The notes: generated by a model from the letters alone, not told the origin. A stretch of DNA of 64,000 nt from Candidatus Kapaibacterium sp. (GCA_038322815.1 JBBQGG010000007.1:1218-65217); one strand, 5' to 3'. Shown: positions 54,341 through 64,000, numbered from the stretch's first letter. Program-made: numbers and translations.

Positions 54341-55349
54341 TTCGGTAAATATTAAAGAAATTGAAAGTGCGTTTAAACTCGGCATTCTTGCCGGGCTTAC
54401 AACAACGCCGACTTTTCTGCATCGCGAAGGCATTACCGATATTGACGGTACGATCCTGAAGCTTGCAAAGATTGTCCCGATACTACAAGTCGAAGCATTA
54501 GGAAAAAATGCCGATGAGATCGTTGCCGAAGCAGATCGTCTTATTAAGATCGGTCTCGATCCGAAAAAAACTGTTTTTAAGATACCTGTATCACTCGAAG
54601 GTATCACGGCATGCAAGCGTCTTCGTGATAAAGGGATGATGGTCAATATTCATCTTGTCTATACATTGCAGCAGGCATACATGGCAGCTACTGCCGGGGC
54701 GACGTATGTTTGCCCGCTTGTCGGAAGATTGCAGGATCAGGGGCATGATGCTCTTGCACTTATTGAGCAATGCGTGAAGATGGTTGACAGGTATAAATAT
54801 GATACGAAGATCATGTTCTCATCGGTACGAAACGTAGAGCATGTGCGCAATGCCATCAATCTCGGAGTGCAGACGATAACCGTTCCGTGGAGCGTTATGA
54901 AAAAGCTGACGGAAAACTCATTCACTGATCTCGGCACAAAACAATTTTTTGATCATACGACGCTGATGACAACAACCGTTGCAGAAGTGATTCGTGAAGA
55001 CAATCCAATTGTAACTCTTGATAGTACAGTACTCGATGCATCGCTGAAAATGACGGAGTCAGGTTTCGGAGCGGTGACAGTTGTAGGAAGCAAAGGAGAG
55101 GTTATCGGAGTCTTTACCGACGGCGTGCTCCGCCGCGAACTCAAAGACAAAGGAAAATCCCTGCTCGATAAGAAAATGTCCGATTTTACATTTAAAGCGC
55201 CGATCACAACTACAGCAGACGATATTCTTGAAAATGCCGTTGCACTTATGAAAACTCATAAGGTGGATAATATTGTTGTGACAACTGATGCAAAGCCTAT
55301 CGGTATGCTTGACGTACAGGATCTTCTAAAACTGGATCTAAGTGAGTGA
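54324..55349 (+). CDS. fructose-6-phosphate aldolase/TalC-family (class I aldolase) domain fused to a C-terminal CBS-domain pair
   Basis: The N-terminal ~215 aa (MELYLDSVNIKEIESAFKLGILAGLTTTPTFLHREG, catalytic Lys in VFKIPVSLEG, YVCPLVGRL) is FSA/TalC-like. The C-terminal ~125 aa is two CBS motifs. Overlaps kdsA by 17 nt and is followed by kdsC. Confidence 0.75.
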   Translation: MELYLDSVNIKEIESAFKLGILAGLTTTPTFLHREGITDIDGTILKLAKIVPILQVEALGKNADEIVAEADRLIKIGLDPKKTVFKIPVSLEGITACKRLRDKGMMVNIHLVYTLQQAYMAATAGATYVCPLVGRLQDQGHDALALIEQCVKMVDRYKYDTKIMFSSVRNVEHVRNAINLGVQTITVPWSVMKKLTENSFTDLGTKQFFDHTTLMTTTVAEVIREDNPIVTLDSTVLDASLKMTESGFGAVTVVGSKGEVIGVFTDGVLRRELKDKGKSLLDKKMSDFTFKAPITTTADDILENAVALMKTHKVDNIVVTTDAKPIGMLDVQDLLKLDLSE

Positions 55350-56022
55350 TTCCTTAAAACATCTTGAGCAGATATTTACTGATGCCGGAGGCGTATTCTC
55401 TGTGCCGATTGCCGCGCTTCAATTAAAACTTCAGTCCGTATCCGCTTTTATTTTTGATTGGGACGGAGTTTTCAACGATGGACGTAAAAGTGATGATTCC
55501 TCCAGCGGCTTCACCGAAACCGATTCGATGGGGACCAATCTTTTGCGCTTCTCATACTGGAAAGATCGCGGCATACTTCCCTTTACAGCGATCTTAAGCG
55601 GCGAAGAAAATCCGGACGCAATAAAACTTGCCAAGCGCGAACATTTTCATACTGTGTACCAAAAAGTAAAAGATAAATCGGAGATCTTCGCACGTTTGAA
55701 AGAAGACTATAATATTGAGCCGAAAAATATCGCATACTTTTTTGACGACGTTCTCGATCTTGCTGTTGCAGATAAATGTGGAGTTCGCATTTGTATAAGA
55801 ACCGATGCTTCGCTTCTGATGCATGATTACATCTCGGAGCATTCATTATGCGATTATCGAACTGCTCTGAGTGGAGAAAATAATGGCGTTCGTGAAGGAT
55901 GCGAACTGATGATCGGCTTACGAGGTAATTATAATGCTATTCTCAAAGAAAGAATAGATTATACGGAAACCTATCAAAAATATTTCTTGCAGCGACAGGA
56001 GATCAAAACGGAAATAGTTTGA
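55342..56022 (+). CDS. kdsC: Kdo-8-phosphate phosphatase-like HAD hydrolase
   Basis: DWDGV HAD motif I. Aligns with E. coli KdsC through the C-terminal ...AYFFDDVLDLAVADKCGVRICIRTDA...GENNGVREGCELMIGLRG (compare GGRGAVREVCDLLL). Confidence 0.75.
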   Translation: MSDSLKHLEQIFTDAGGVFSVPIAALQLKLQSVSAFIFDWDGVFNDGRKSDDSSSGFTETDSMGTNLLRFSYWKDRGILPFTAILSGEENPDAIKLAKREHFHTVYQKVKDKSEIFARLKEDYNIEPKNIAYFFDDVLDLAVADKCGVRICIRTDASLLMHDYISEHSLCDYRTALSGENNGVREGCELMIGLRGNYNAILKERIDYTETYQKYFLQRQEIKTEIV

Positions 56023-56056
56023 TCACAGTGATTCACAATTTACTATATTATTAATT

Positions 56057-56449
56057 ATGAAACGCCAACATTTTTTTATTATTGCCGCTCTTATTGCATG
56101 GCTTTTTGGACTAATGATGATCTTTGTGCCTGATAAGGCACTCGATACCGGTTCTGCAGCGAATCTTGGTATGCAATGGTATGGCATTGCACTTTTTTCG
56201 ATCGGCGTGATAATATTTTTCTCACGCAACGATCCGGGATCGAAAGCGCTGAAGGCAGTAATGATCGGCAATATCCTTTTTCATCTTATTGGAGAAGCGT
56301 TTGATGTATATGATTATACTGCAGGCTTTACTCAGCTTTCGGGAATACTGGCAAGCGGAATCATTCATGTTCTGCTTTTCATAGGTTTTACGTACTATCT
56401 TTTGAAAATTCCAAAAATTTCCGAAACGGAAAATAAAGAGATAGTTTAA
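56057..56449 (+). CDS. hypothetical small membrane protein (4 TM)
   Basis: 130 aa with four hydrophobic helices. Confidence 0.4.
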   Translation: MKRQHFFIIAALIAWLFGLMMIFVPDKALDTGSAANLGMQWYGIALFSIGVIIFFSRNDPGSKALKAVMIGNILFHLIGEAFDVYDYTAGFTQLSGILASGIIHVLLFIGFTYYLLKIPKISETENKEIV

Positions 56450-56573
56450 CTTCTTGCAAATTGTGAGCCAATTTTGCCTAGTATCCATACGGTTATACCC
56501 ATAATTATTAATATGTAATATACGGTTATACCCGAATAAAAGTCCCTCAGTTTTATGGCTTTACCCGTATGAT

Positions 56574-57404
56574 TTAATTGAGCCAACCTTGTAACCAAAG
56601 GATCAAGACCAATCCACCAAAGATTATTCTATAGATTCCGAATCCCGTGAAGCTATGGGTTCGGACGTATTTAACGAGCCAGCGGACGACAGCCAATGCT
56701 GTGATAAAGGCAACTAAAAATCCGATGCCGAGAATTGAGTACATATCGGTACTCAAGAGATCACGATGTTTGAAGAGGTCATACATCGTTGCGGCGATCA
56801 TGACGGGGAAGCTAAGCAGAAAGCTGAATTCAGTCGCTGCCGGCCGCGTCATTCCGCCGGACATCCCTCCGATGATCGTCGCGCCTGAACGCGAAACGCC
56901 TGGAATCAGCGATAGCACCTGTGAGAATCCGACAATGAGCGCATCTTTGATCGTCATCGTCTTAAGCTCAGTTTTTTGTCTGTGAACGCTGATAAAACTT
57001 TCGACATACACAATTATTATTCCGCCAATAATAAGGCTGATCGAAACTGTTAGCGGCGAGAAAAGATATTTCGTGATCGTTGAATGTAGGAAAAATCCGA
57101 TAATTGCAACCGGCAAAAAAGCGACAAAGAGATGTGTGCGCATTCTTCCCGGATCAGAGCTTGTACTGGAAGCATTTATTGCCCGCCAAAGATCGCGCCG
57201 ATAGAGAAAACCGACGGCAAGGATGGCACCGAGCTGGATCACGATCTCAAATAGCTCAGCTTTATCAGTACTTTGCAGAGCTTCTTTGAACTGAAGGAAA
57301 TGATCGGCGATGATAAGATGTCCTGTTGAGGAGACAGGAATGAATTCGGTTAATCCCTCGATGATTCCGAGAATTATTGAGAGCAGCCAAAGTGGTAACG
57401 GCAT
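56574..57404 (-). CDS. uppP: undecaprenyl-diphosphate phosphatase
   Basis: 276 aa. BacA motifs (GIIEGLTEFIPVSSTGHL, PGVSRSGATI). Confidence 0.9.
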   Translation of the reverse strand: MPLPLWLLSIILGIIEGLTEFIPVSSTGHLIIADHFLQFKEALQSTDKAELFEIVIQLGAILAVGFLYRRDLWRAINASSTSSDPGRMRTHLFVAFLPVAIIGFFLHSTITKYLFSPLTVSISLIIGGIIIVYVESFISVHRQKTELKTMTIKDALIVGFSQVLSLIPGVSRSGATIIGGMSGGMTRPAATEFSFLLSFPVMIAATMYDLFKHRDLLSTDMYSILGIGFLVAFITALAVVRWLVKYVRTHSFTGFGIYRIIFGGLVLILWLQGWLN

Positions 57405-57673
57405 GGTTATGATGATTTGTAAAGTGCAAAGTTACGAAATAAACAATATTGCTCACCGTATCTGTAACGAAATCTTTAATGAGAAGGAACTCCGGATGGA
57501 GAGATTTTTCAGGAAATCATACGAAGAATTTGAGTTGCCGGACCGTATCCCAGGTTAAAAAATCTTTGATAAAACAATAATCTGCTGCCTTATTCGTCTA
57601 AACCTTCTCAGCCTCTTCGGCGTTTGTAACGGGCTAAAAATTTTCTCTCTAAAGAAGAAACAGATACCAATTC

Positions 57674-59503
57674 ATGAATTCCTCACGTTCGACGACGATT
57701 GCCATTGCGCTCATAGTAGTTATAGTCTTTGGCTGGCTTGTCTTAAATCAGCCAAAACAGAAGCCCCAGGCTCCAAAACCTGCTCCAATGGCATTAGATT
57801 CATCAAAGATTGAAGCGGTTTCGCCTACGGTTGCAGCTCCGAAACCTGCGGAGCATTCAACGGTTTTTCGGGTCGATACTAGCACTGCCAATCAAAATAT
57901 TCATATCGAGACTCCCCTTGTAACGGCTATTATTTCTTCTAAGGGCGGAAATATCTCAAGCTGGATATTAAAGAATTATAAGACATTCGATAAAAAGCCC
58001 CTTGAACTGGTTGATCAATCGCGTAATGGAAAATCAGGGGATGTGAATCTTCGTTTTGTTGCTTCTGATGGCAAAAGCGTCAGCACAAAAGATCTTGTTT
58101 TTCATTTTACCGATTCAGTTTCCCATCAGCTTGGTGAAAAAGATTCGGTCACATTTTCGGCGATCTGCAAAATTGATTCAGGCGCTTCGATCATTAAGAC
58201 CTTTACTATCCGCGGTGATGATTATACGATCGGGATCTCTTATCATCTTGTCGGTTTGCAGACGAAGGTATCAGGATATAAATACGGACTTGTCGTAGAT
58301 AATGCTCTTCCTTATACTGAGGCATCAAGCAACAATGAATCCACAACGGCGAAGGCATTTGCCGGAATGAAAACCGGTGTCGAAGATATCGATGCAAGCA
58401 AGGTCGGCGAACCGGTTCATAAATCTTTTAACGGCGATCCGGAATTTGTCGCATCGCGCACGCAATATTTTCTTCAGGCAATGATCCCCGTTTCGCCGCG
58501 TCCGGTTGGAACAGATATTTTAGGCACTGCGCATTCAGCACCTGATGGCGGGCATACTGAAGAATATAATCTTTCCGTATCTGTGCCGATCACATCGGCA
58601 GGAAACGATTCCATCTCCACAAGATTTTATCTCGGACCTCTTGAATACAAGCGATTATCACACATGGAGCCATCGCTTGACCGGACAATGGATTTCGGCT
58701 GGAGTTTTCTTGTGCGCCCCATCAGTACGTATCTGATGATGCCGCTCTTTATGTTTTTGCATTCATTCATTTTTAATTGGGGACTTGTCATTATCGTTTT
58801 CTCAATCGCAGTGAAACTTATCACCTATCCTTTTTCAAAAGGGCAGATGAATTCAATGCGAAAGATGCAGGCATTGCAGCCGAAGATCACGCAGATCAAA
58901 GAGGATTATAAAGACGATCAGAAAAAACAGCAGGAAGAGACTTTCAAGATGTATCGCACCTACGGCGTGAACCCTGCCGGAGGATGCTTGCCGCTTCTGC
59001 TTCAGATGCCCATCCTCTTTTCACTGTATGCCGTACTGCGCAATGTTATCGAGCTTCGTCAAGCGCCGTTCTTCTCATGGATACAGGATCTTTCTGTACC
59101 CGACGGACTTTTCAAATTCAGCACAAGCATTCCTATCATAGGCAATCAGCTTTCCGGTTTGACACTGCTTATGGGAATAACGATGGTCGTGCAGTCAGCG
59201 CTAACAACAACTGATCCGCGTCAGAAAAAGATGGCATACATCATGCCGATCATGTTCACGTTCTTATTCAATAATCTTCCTGCCGGTGTTGCGCTGTATT
59301 ATTTTATGTTCAATATTTTCGGAATTGCGCAGCAATTTTACAATAAGAAATTCCTTCCGCCTCTTGATCTCGAACAGATGAAAGCAACTGCCAGCACAAA
59401 GAAAGGCTTCATGTCCAGAATGCAGGACTTAGAAAAAAATGCACGTACAACAAGACAAGGCAATATGGCAGGCCAGCTTCCGGGGAAGAAAAAGAAGAAG
59501 TAA
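57674..59503 (+). CDS. yidC: membrane protein insertase YidC
   Basis: 609 aa. N-terminal TM, large periplasmic domain, then the 5-TM YidC/Oxa1 core and a C-terminal Lys-rich tail (PGKKKKK). Confidence 0.9.
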   Translation: MNSSRSTTIAIALIVVIVFGWLVLNQPKQKPQAPKPAPMALDSSKIEAVSPTVAAPKPAEHSTVFRVDTSTANQNIHIETPLVTAIISSKGGNISSWILKNYKTFDKKPLELVDQSRNGKSGDVNLRFVASDGKSVSTKDLVFHFTDSVSHQLGEKDSVTFSAICKIDSGASIIKTFTIRGDDYTIGISYHLVGLQTKVSGYKYGLVVDNALPYTEASSNNESTTAKAFAGMKTGVEDIDASKVGEPVHKSFNGDPEFVASRTQYFLQAMIPVSPRPVGTDILGTAHSAPDGGHTEEYNLSVSVPITSAGNDSISTRFYLGPLEYKRLSHMEPSLDRTMDFGWSFLVRPISTYLMMPLFMFLHSFIFNWGLVIIVFSIAVKLITYPFSKGQMNSMRKMQALQPKITQIKEDYKDDQKKQQEETFKMYRTYGVNPAGGCLPLLLQMPILFSLYAVLRNVIELRQAPFFSWIQDLSVPDGLFKFSTSIPIIGNQLSGLTLLMGITMVVQSALTTTDPRQKKMAYIMPIMFTFLFNNLPAGVALYYFMFNIFGIAQQFYNKKFLPPLDLEQMKATASTKKGFMSRMQDLEKNARTTRQGNMAGQLPGKKKKK

Positions 59504-59526
59504 CGTTGAAGTGAAATAGACTTCTG

Positions 59527-61188
59527 TTACATTTCCTGTAAATATTTCCTTACAAATCTTATAGCCAAGGCACCTTCGCCTACGGCAGATGAAATACCTG
59601 CAAGCGCTCCGGAGCGGACATCACCTGAAGCAAAGATACCCGGAATACTTGTTTCCGGTATATATGGCTCTCTGCTTAATTTCCAAAACGTATTATACGA
59701 TTTTTCTTTTTTAAGATCACTGCCGGTGAGGACGAATCCCTTTTCATCTTTTAAAACAACATCACTAAGCCACTGCGTACCCGGTCTTACACCAATATAA
59801 ATAAACAAGGCTTTTGCAGACACTGATATTTCCGTATTTGTTTTTGTATTCTTCAGAGTAATGTTTTCCAGTACATCTTTGCCCGTGACCGAAGTTACTT
59901 CAGTATTCGGATGAACCACAATATTTGGAGTGTTGCTGATATTTTGCACTAAATAATTTGCTGCGGCTTGCTTCAAGGTATCCTGTCGGATAAGAATATG
60001 TACTTCTTTTGCAAATTTAGACATATACATTGCAGCCTGACACGCTGAGTTACCTCCGCCGACAATGTAAATATTTTCATTACGGCAGGCATGAGCTTCC
60101 ACTGAAGCTGCACCATAATAGATTCCTGCTCCCGTAAATTTTTCTATTCCCGGTATTTCAAGTTTGATGTACGAAGCGCCGGTTGCAATGACGATCGTTT
60201 TACTATGGACAAGTGAACCATCACTTAATTCGATGATCTTATATCCATCTTGTACCGTAATATTTTTTACTGATTGCGGAGTAAGTATTTCCGTACCGAA
60301 TCGCAGCGTTTGCGAGATCGCTCTTCTGCTTAACTCCGCACCGGATAGACCTGTGGGAAAGCCAAGGTAATTTTCTATTCTTGCACTGCTCGAAGCCTGC
60401 CCGCCCGGATTACTTCTTTCGATAAGGAGTGTTGTCAATCCTTCACAGGAGCCATAGACCGATGCGGTAAGCCCTGCAGGACCTGCGCCGATGATCGCAA
60501 CGTCATACATTTTTGCCGAGGCTTGCTGGCGAAGCCCGACCTGTGCACCAAGATCAGTGAGTGAAGGGTCAACAAGAAATGATCCATCCTTCAATATGAC
60601 AAGCGGAAGTTCTGACCGTGAGATATCAGAACTCGCAAGATATTTTTCTGCATCTTCGTGAGATTCAACATCCATCCACAGGAATGGCACTAAATTTCCT
60701 GAAAGAAATTCTTTTAACTTATGTGATTTTGGTGACCATTGAAAACCGATGATCCTTATTCCTTCATGATCGGGTTTATATAATGCCTGCCAGTCATCGA
60801 GCATATCATTGATCACCGGGTAGAGTTTTTCTTCAGGAGGATCCCACGGTTTGAGAAGATAGTAATCAAGCTTTACAGTATTAATTGCTTTGATCGCCGC
60901 TTCAATATCCGAATATGCGGTGAGCAATATCTGTTTGGCATCGGGAAAAATTTCTCTCGTCTTTTCGAGAAATTCAATTCCTTCCATTTCCGGCATCCGC
61001 TGATCCGAAATAAATAATGCCACAGATTCATTTTTCAGCTTCAATTCTTTAATAAGTTCAAGCGCTTCTGCGGCCGATTCTGTTGCGACGATGCGGTACT
61101 CTTCGCGATACTTATTCCGTATATCGCGGCTGATCGCGCGGAGTACTTGCGTGTCATCATCAACAATGACAATAAATGGAAGTTTCAT
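59527..61188 (-). CDS. response regulator: REC domain, then a CxxC-less glutaredoxin-like domain, then a thioredoxin-reductase-like FAD/NAD(P) domain lacking the redox-active CxxC
   Basis: REC (IVIVDDD...D at ISDQRMP...K in YLLKP). Middle region WSPKS where Grx has CPYC. TrxR-like part with GAGPAG and GGGNSA dinucleotide motifs, but ASVEAHAC where TrxR has CATC. Confidence 0.7.
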   Translation of the reverse strand: MKLPFIVIVDDDTQVLRAISRDIRNKYREEYRIVATESAAEALELIKELKLKNESVALFISDQRMPEMEGIEFLEKTREIFPDAKQILLTAYSDIEAAIKAINTVKLDYYLLKPWDPPEEKLYPVINDMLDDWQALYKPDHEGIRIIGFQWSPKSHKLKEFLSGNLVPFLWMDVESHEDAEKYLASSDISRSELPLVILKDGSFLVDPSLTDLGAQVGLRQQASAKMYDVAIIGAGPAGLTASVYGSCEGLTTLLIERSNPGGQASSSARIENYLGFPTGLSGAELSRRAISQTLRFGTEILTPQSVKNITVQDGYKIIELSDGSLVHSKTIVIATGASYIKLEIPGIEKFTGAGIYYGAASVEAHACRNENIYIVGGGNSACQAAMYMSKFAKEVHILIRQDTLKQAAANYLVQNISNTPNIVVHPNTEVTSVTGKDVLENITLKNTKTNTEISVSAKALFIYIGVRPGTQWLSDVVLKDEKGFVLTGSDLKKEKSYNTFWKLSREPYIPETSIPGIFASGDVRSGALAGISSAVGEGALAIRFVRKYLQEM

Positions 61189-61212
61189 TTTCTCTGTGAT
61201 AACGATTTAAAA

Positions 61213-62634
61213 TTAAGGTGATTCCTGAACTTGTGAAACAGGAATGCAGACGACAAATTCCGTTTTGCCCGGAACAGAATTTACTGTTATAACCCCATGA
61301 TGTCTCGTGATAATTCTTTTGACAACATCCAAACCGATCCCTGTGCCTTGTCCTATTTTTTTTGTCGTGAAAAATGGATCAAAAATTCTGGATTGTATCT
61401 CTTTCGGAATTCCAGCACCGTTATCAATAATGCGGATGGTAATGTCTTTTTTTCCTGATGATGTTTCGATCACTAACTCTCCGTTCGTTTCAAGTGCATC
61501 GATCGCATTGTCGATCAGATTTGTCCAGACCTGATTGAGTTCACCGATGTAAGCCTCGACCATAGGCATCTCTGCGCAAAAAGTTTTTTTCACCGTGATC
61601 TTTTTGTCGCGGATCTTGTATCCCATAAGCGTCAGCGTATTTTCAATATCGGTATGAATATTGGTACGCTGTGCATCATTGGTTCTATCCATGTGCACAT
61701 GACTTTTAATAGCGCCTACTAATGTTGAGATACGAGTTGAAGCATCTGTAAGATCAACGATCAGCCGGTCAGAGATTATAATATTTTCTATCCATCGAAG
61801 CAGATCGGCAAGTGTATCACCTTTGAGCTCGCGGCGGATGTTCTCTAGATCAATAGTTGAAAATCCGAATTCAGAAAATGTCTCGGCAGCGGCGATATTA
61901 TCAGGTATACCGTTAGCAGATAACCAGTCGGCTATCTCATCCTCTTTTTGCATCCGTTCGCGTGCGCTCAATGTCTTTTTTTGTTTTGATTCTTTTTCAT
62001 TTACCAATGACCTGATATTTTCAATATGCTTGGCGTCAAAATTATCGGCAAGAAGTTTGGAGATCAGATCGTAATTTGCATTCAACCTTTTTTTTAATTC
62101 TGCAGCGATTCTTGCGATCGCTGAAGCTGGGTTATTGAGTTCATGTGCAATACCTGCAGATAATTTTCCGAGTGCACTGACCTTTTCATGCTGTAGCTGT
62201 ACCGTTGCAAACGCCTTTGCACGTTCAGTCATATAGCCGATAAGCTTCTGAACAAAATTAGAGTTCAGCTGCTCCAACTCTCCAAAGTAATCCTTATGCA
62301 GACTAAGCACTCTGAGCTTACTAACACTTATGGATTTTCCCGGAGAAGTTTTCATGCGTGAATGGGGGATCAACCCGGTAATGCCGCCGGAGGACCTATC
62401 ATTCTCAAAACTCATATAATAGACTAATGTGCCATTCATATCCATATAGAAATCAAGCTTGCCTTCAAGCAGGATCCACATATACATTGCCGGTTCTCTG
62501 GTATTGAAGAGCACAGTACCATCTTCATATTCATTATACTCAGTACGATCGATGATCCATTGAAGATGTTCATCCGGCAGATCGCTCAGAGCAATTACAT
62601 TTTTTAGTTCTTGGGTCGTTACGTTGTGACTCAT
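61213..62634 (-). CDS. sensor histidine kinase with an N-terminal cyclic-nucleotide-binding-like domain
   Basis: The N-terminal ~120 aa has a cNMP-binding/CAP-like beta-roll (TVLFNTREPAMYMWILLEGKLD). Then HisKA (H-box AHELNNP) and HATPase_c (NLIDNA, GxGxG). No TM segments. Confidence 0.7.
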   Translation of the reverse strand: MSHNVTTQELKNVIALSDLPDEHLQWIIDRTEYNEYEDGTVLFNTREPAMYMWILLEGKLDFYMDMNGTLVYYMSFENDRSSGGITGLIPHSRMKTSPGKSISVSKLRVLSLHKDYFGELEQLNSNFVQKLIGYMTERAKAFATVQLQHEKVSALGKLSAGIAHELNNPASAIARIAAELKKRLNANYDLISKLLADNFDAKHIENIRSLVNEKESKQKKTLSARERMQKEDEIADWLSANGIPDNIAAAETFSEFGFSTIDLENIRRELKGDTLADLLRWIENIIISDRLIVDLTDASTRISTLVGAIKSHVHMDRTNDAQRTNIHTDIENTLTLMGYKIRDKKITVKKTFCAEMPMVEAYIGELNQVWTNLIDNAIDALETNGELVIETSSGKKDITIRIIDNGAGIPKEIQSRIFDPFFTTKKIGQGTGIGLDVVKRIITRHHGVITVNSVPGKTEFVVCIPVSQVQESP

Positions 62635-62804
62635 TGGGGCATAGGTAAATAGTCAGCTTAAAAATTATACCTTGTCTTCAAATTCTTGGCAGCTTTTCCG
62701 ATGCAAAGATACGAAGCCGAACAAGTACGTAAGAATAGTTTGGTTTCTTCGCGAAACTATAGGGAGTATCAAGAGCACTTGGTTTGTTTGCATAAACCAA
62801 TTGT

Positions 62805-64000
62805 ATGTCACTTACCACTCTTCACGATACGATCTTCGCTCTTTCGACACCTCCGGGAAAGAGTGCGATTGCCGTTATCCGCATTTCCGGAAGTGATGCG
62901 ATAAGAATTTCGGCAAAATGTATTAGCGATCCTGATAAAATATTTACTGATCGAGGTGGTGATTCTATTTATACAAATGTAATTGATAAGCATAAAAATC
63001 ACATTGATGATGTGATTGTTACGGTGTTTCGCGCACCGCATTCCTATACTGGCGAAGATTTGGTTGAAATTCATACCCATGGCTCAACATTAATTATTGA
63101 TCTGCTTCAGCACCTTCTCCGATCAAGCGGGGCAAGGCTTGCTGAAGCAGGCGAGTTCTCACGCCGGGCGTATATGAATGGTAAAATTTCGCTTGAAGAA
63201 CTTGAAACATTGGTTCTTCGCATTGATGCATCAAGCGAAAGATCACTATCCAAAGTAGAATTTCTTGTAAAGAAAAAATTCGATACGCTACGTTCAATAT
63301 ATGAATCGCTTATTGCACTTCTTGCTCAAGTCAATGCGCAGATAGATTTTGGCGAATCAGATCACGTCGTTGTTGATGGTTTAGAAAGTCAAGTATATGA
63401 TCTGTGTTCATCGCTACAGCTTTATCTCGATCAGGCTTCAAACAAGTTTGCGAATAAAGGATATTACTCTATTGCTCTTACCGGTCCGCCGAATGTAGGC
63501 AAGAGCAGTCTTTTTAATGCTCTCTTGAAATATGAAAGAAGCATCGTCAGCGACATTCCCGGCACGACTCGTGATTATCTTGAAGCATTTATTATTCTCC
63601 ATGGCTTTCGTGTAAAGCTTATTGATACTGCAGGTCTTCGTGAAGCGAATGAGGAGATCGAATCGAAAGGTATTGCACTTGGTAAATCTGCAACGGAAGA
63701 AGCCGATCTTACGCTTCGCGTTACTGACCCGGGAAGCCGTGCTACCATTGCATTGCAGGACGAGATACTGATTCATAATAAATCTGATCTTGATAATTAT
63801 GATAACGCATTGTCTGTTTCAGCATTTACGGGGAATGGTCTTGATGAATTGATGAATTTTATTAAAGAGCATCTTATCAATTTTGACTCTCAATATTCAG
63901 GATATTCAATTTCCGATTCCGAACGAAGCCTTATCTCCGAAGTGTTAAGAATCCTCGAAAAAGTTTTATCATTCGATGATATTACTTTATTAGCTGAAAA
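62805..64000 (+). CDS. mnmE: tRNA modification GTPase MnmE (3' end beyond the window)
   Basis: N-terminal TrmE domain (DTIFALSTPPGKSAIAVIRISG), G1 GPPNVGKSSL, and G3 DTAGLR. Runs off the window end. Confidence 0.85.
   Translation, partial: MSLTTLHDTIFALSTPPGKSAIAVIRISGSDAIRISAKCISDPDKIFTDRGGDSIYTNVIDKHKNHIDDVIVTVFRAPHSYTGEDLVEIHTHGSTLIIDLLQHLLRSSGARLAEAGEFSRRAYMNGKISLEELETLVLRIDASSERSLSKVEFLVKKKFDTLRSIYESLIALLAQVNAQIDFGESDHVVVDGLESQVYDLCSSLQLYLDQASNKFANKGYYSIALTGPPNVGKSSLFNALLKYERSIVSDIPGTTRDYLEAFIILHGFRVKLIDTAGLREANEEIESKGIALGKSATEEADLTLRVTDPGSRATIALQDEILIHNKSDLDNYDNALSVSAFTGNGLDELMNFIKEHLINFDSQYSGYSISDSERSLISEVLRILEKVLSFDDITLLAE

Noticed and set aside
62672-62904. Plus-strand ORFs 62672..62896 and 62686..62904 upstream of or overlapping the mnmE start
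   Set aside because: Out of frame with the well-supported MnmE N-terminus starting at 62805, with no family features.
1-64000. Search for tRNA, rRNA or other structured RNA genes (RNase P, tmRNA, SRP) in ORF-free gaps
   Set aside because: No cloverleaf-compatible sequences with a GTTCGAATC-type T-arm and no rRNA-like segments were recognisable by eye in any intergenic gap. They cannot be excluded without a covariance-model scan.

Overview
This 64-kb window looks like chromosomal DNA from a Gram-negative FCB-group bacterium (Ignavibacteriota- or Bacteroidota-like). The taxon call is an inference from several proteins ending in type IX secretion (T9SS) C-terminal sorting domains, an rpoN gene and the BamA/uppS arrangement; I could not run a search to confirm it. 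Gene density is high and mostly housekeeping/envelope: UDP-sugar metabolism (uxs, ugd), sigma-54, caa3-type oxidase subunits III/IV, murI, floA, glmM-like, uppS-bamA, a porin-pstSCAB-phoU phosphate operon, a fused 2-oxoacid dehydrogenase E1, a membrane HdrDE-like Fe-S oxidoreductase, msrB, a KirBac K+ channel, a Tat- and T9SS-tagged multicopper oxidase, kdsA-(FSA/CBS fusion)-kdsC, uppP, yidC, a two-component system with an unusual response regulator, and mnmE (truncated by the window edge). The features that need a second look are:
- A roughly 120-bp nested-palindrome repeat family with six copies, one of which supplies the bamA start codon.
- A second hairpin repeat that brackets DUF559 and AlbA_2 genes.
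- Heptanucleotide microsatellites in several places, including one inside a coding sequence.
- Decayed defence/addiction loci: two toxin-antitoxin pairs whose toxins are inactivated, and a type III Res remnant next to an ASCH gene.
- A fructose-6-phosphate-aldolase/CBS fusion sitting exactly where kdsD normally sits.
- A four-gene cluster in which two paralogous lipoproteins flank a Sec-exported, MsrP-like molybdoenzyme and a b-type cytochrome.
I found no rRNA, tRNA or CRISPR array.
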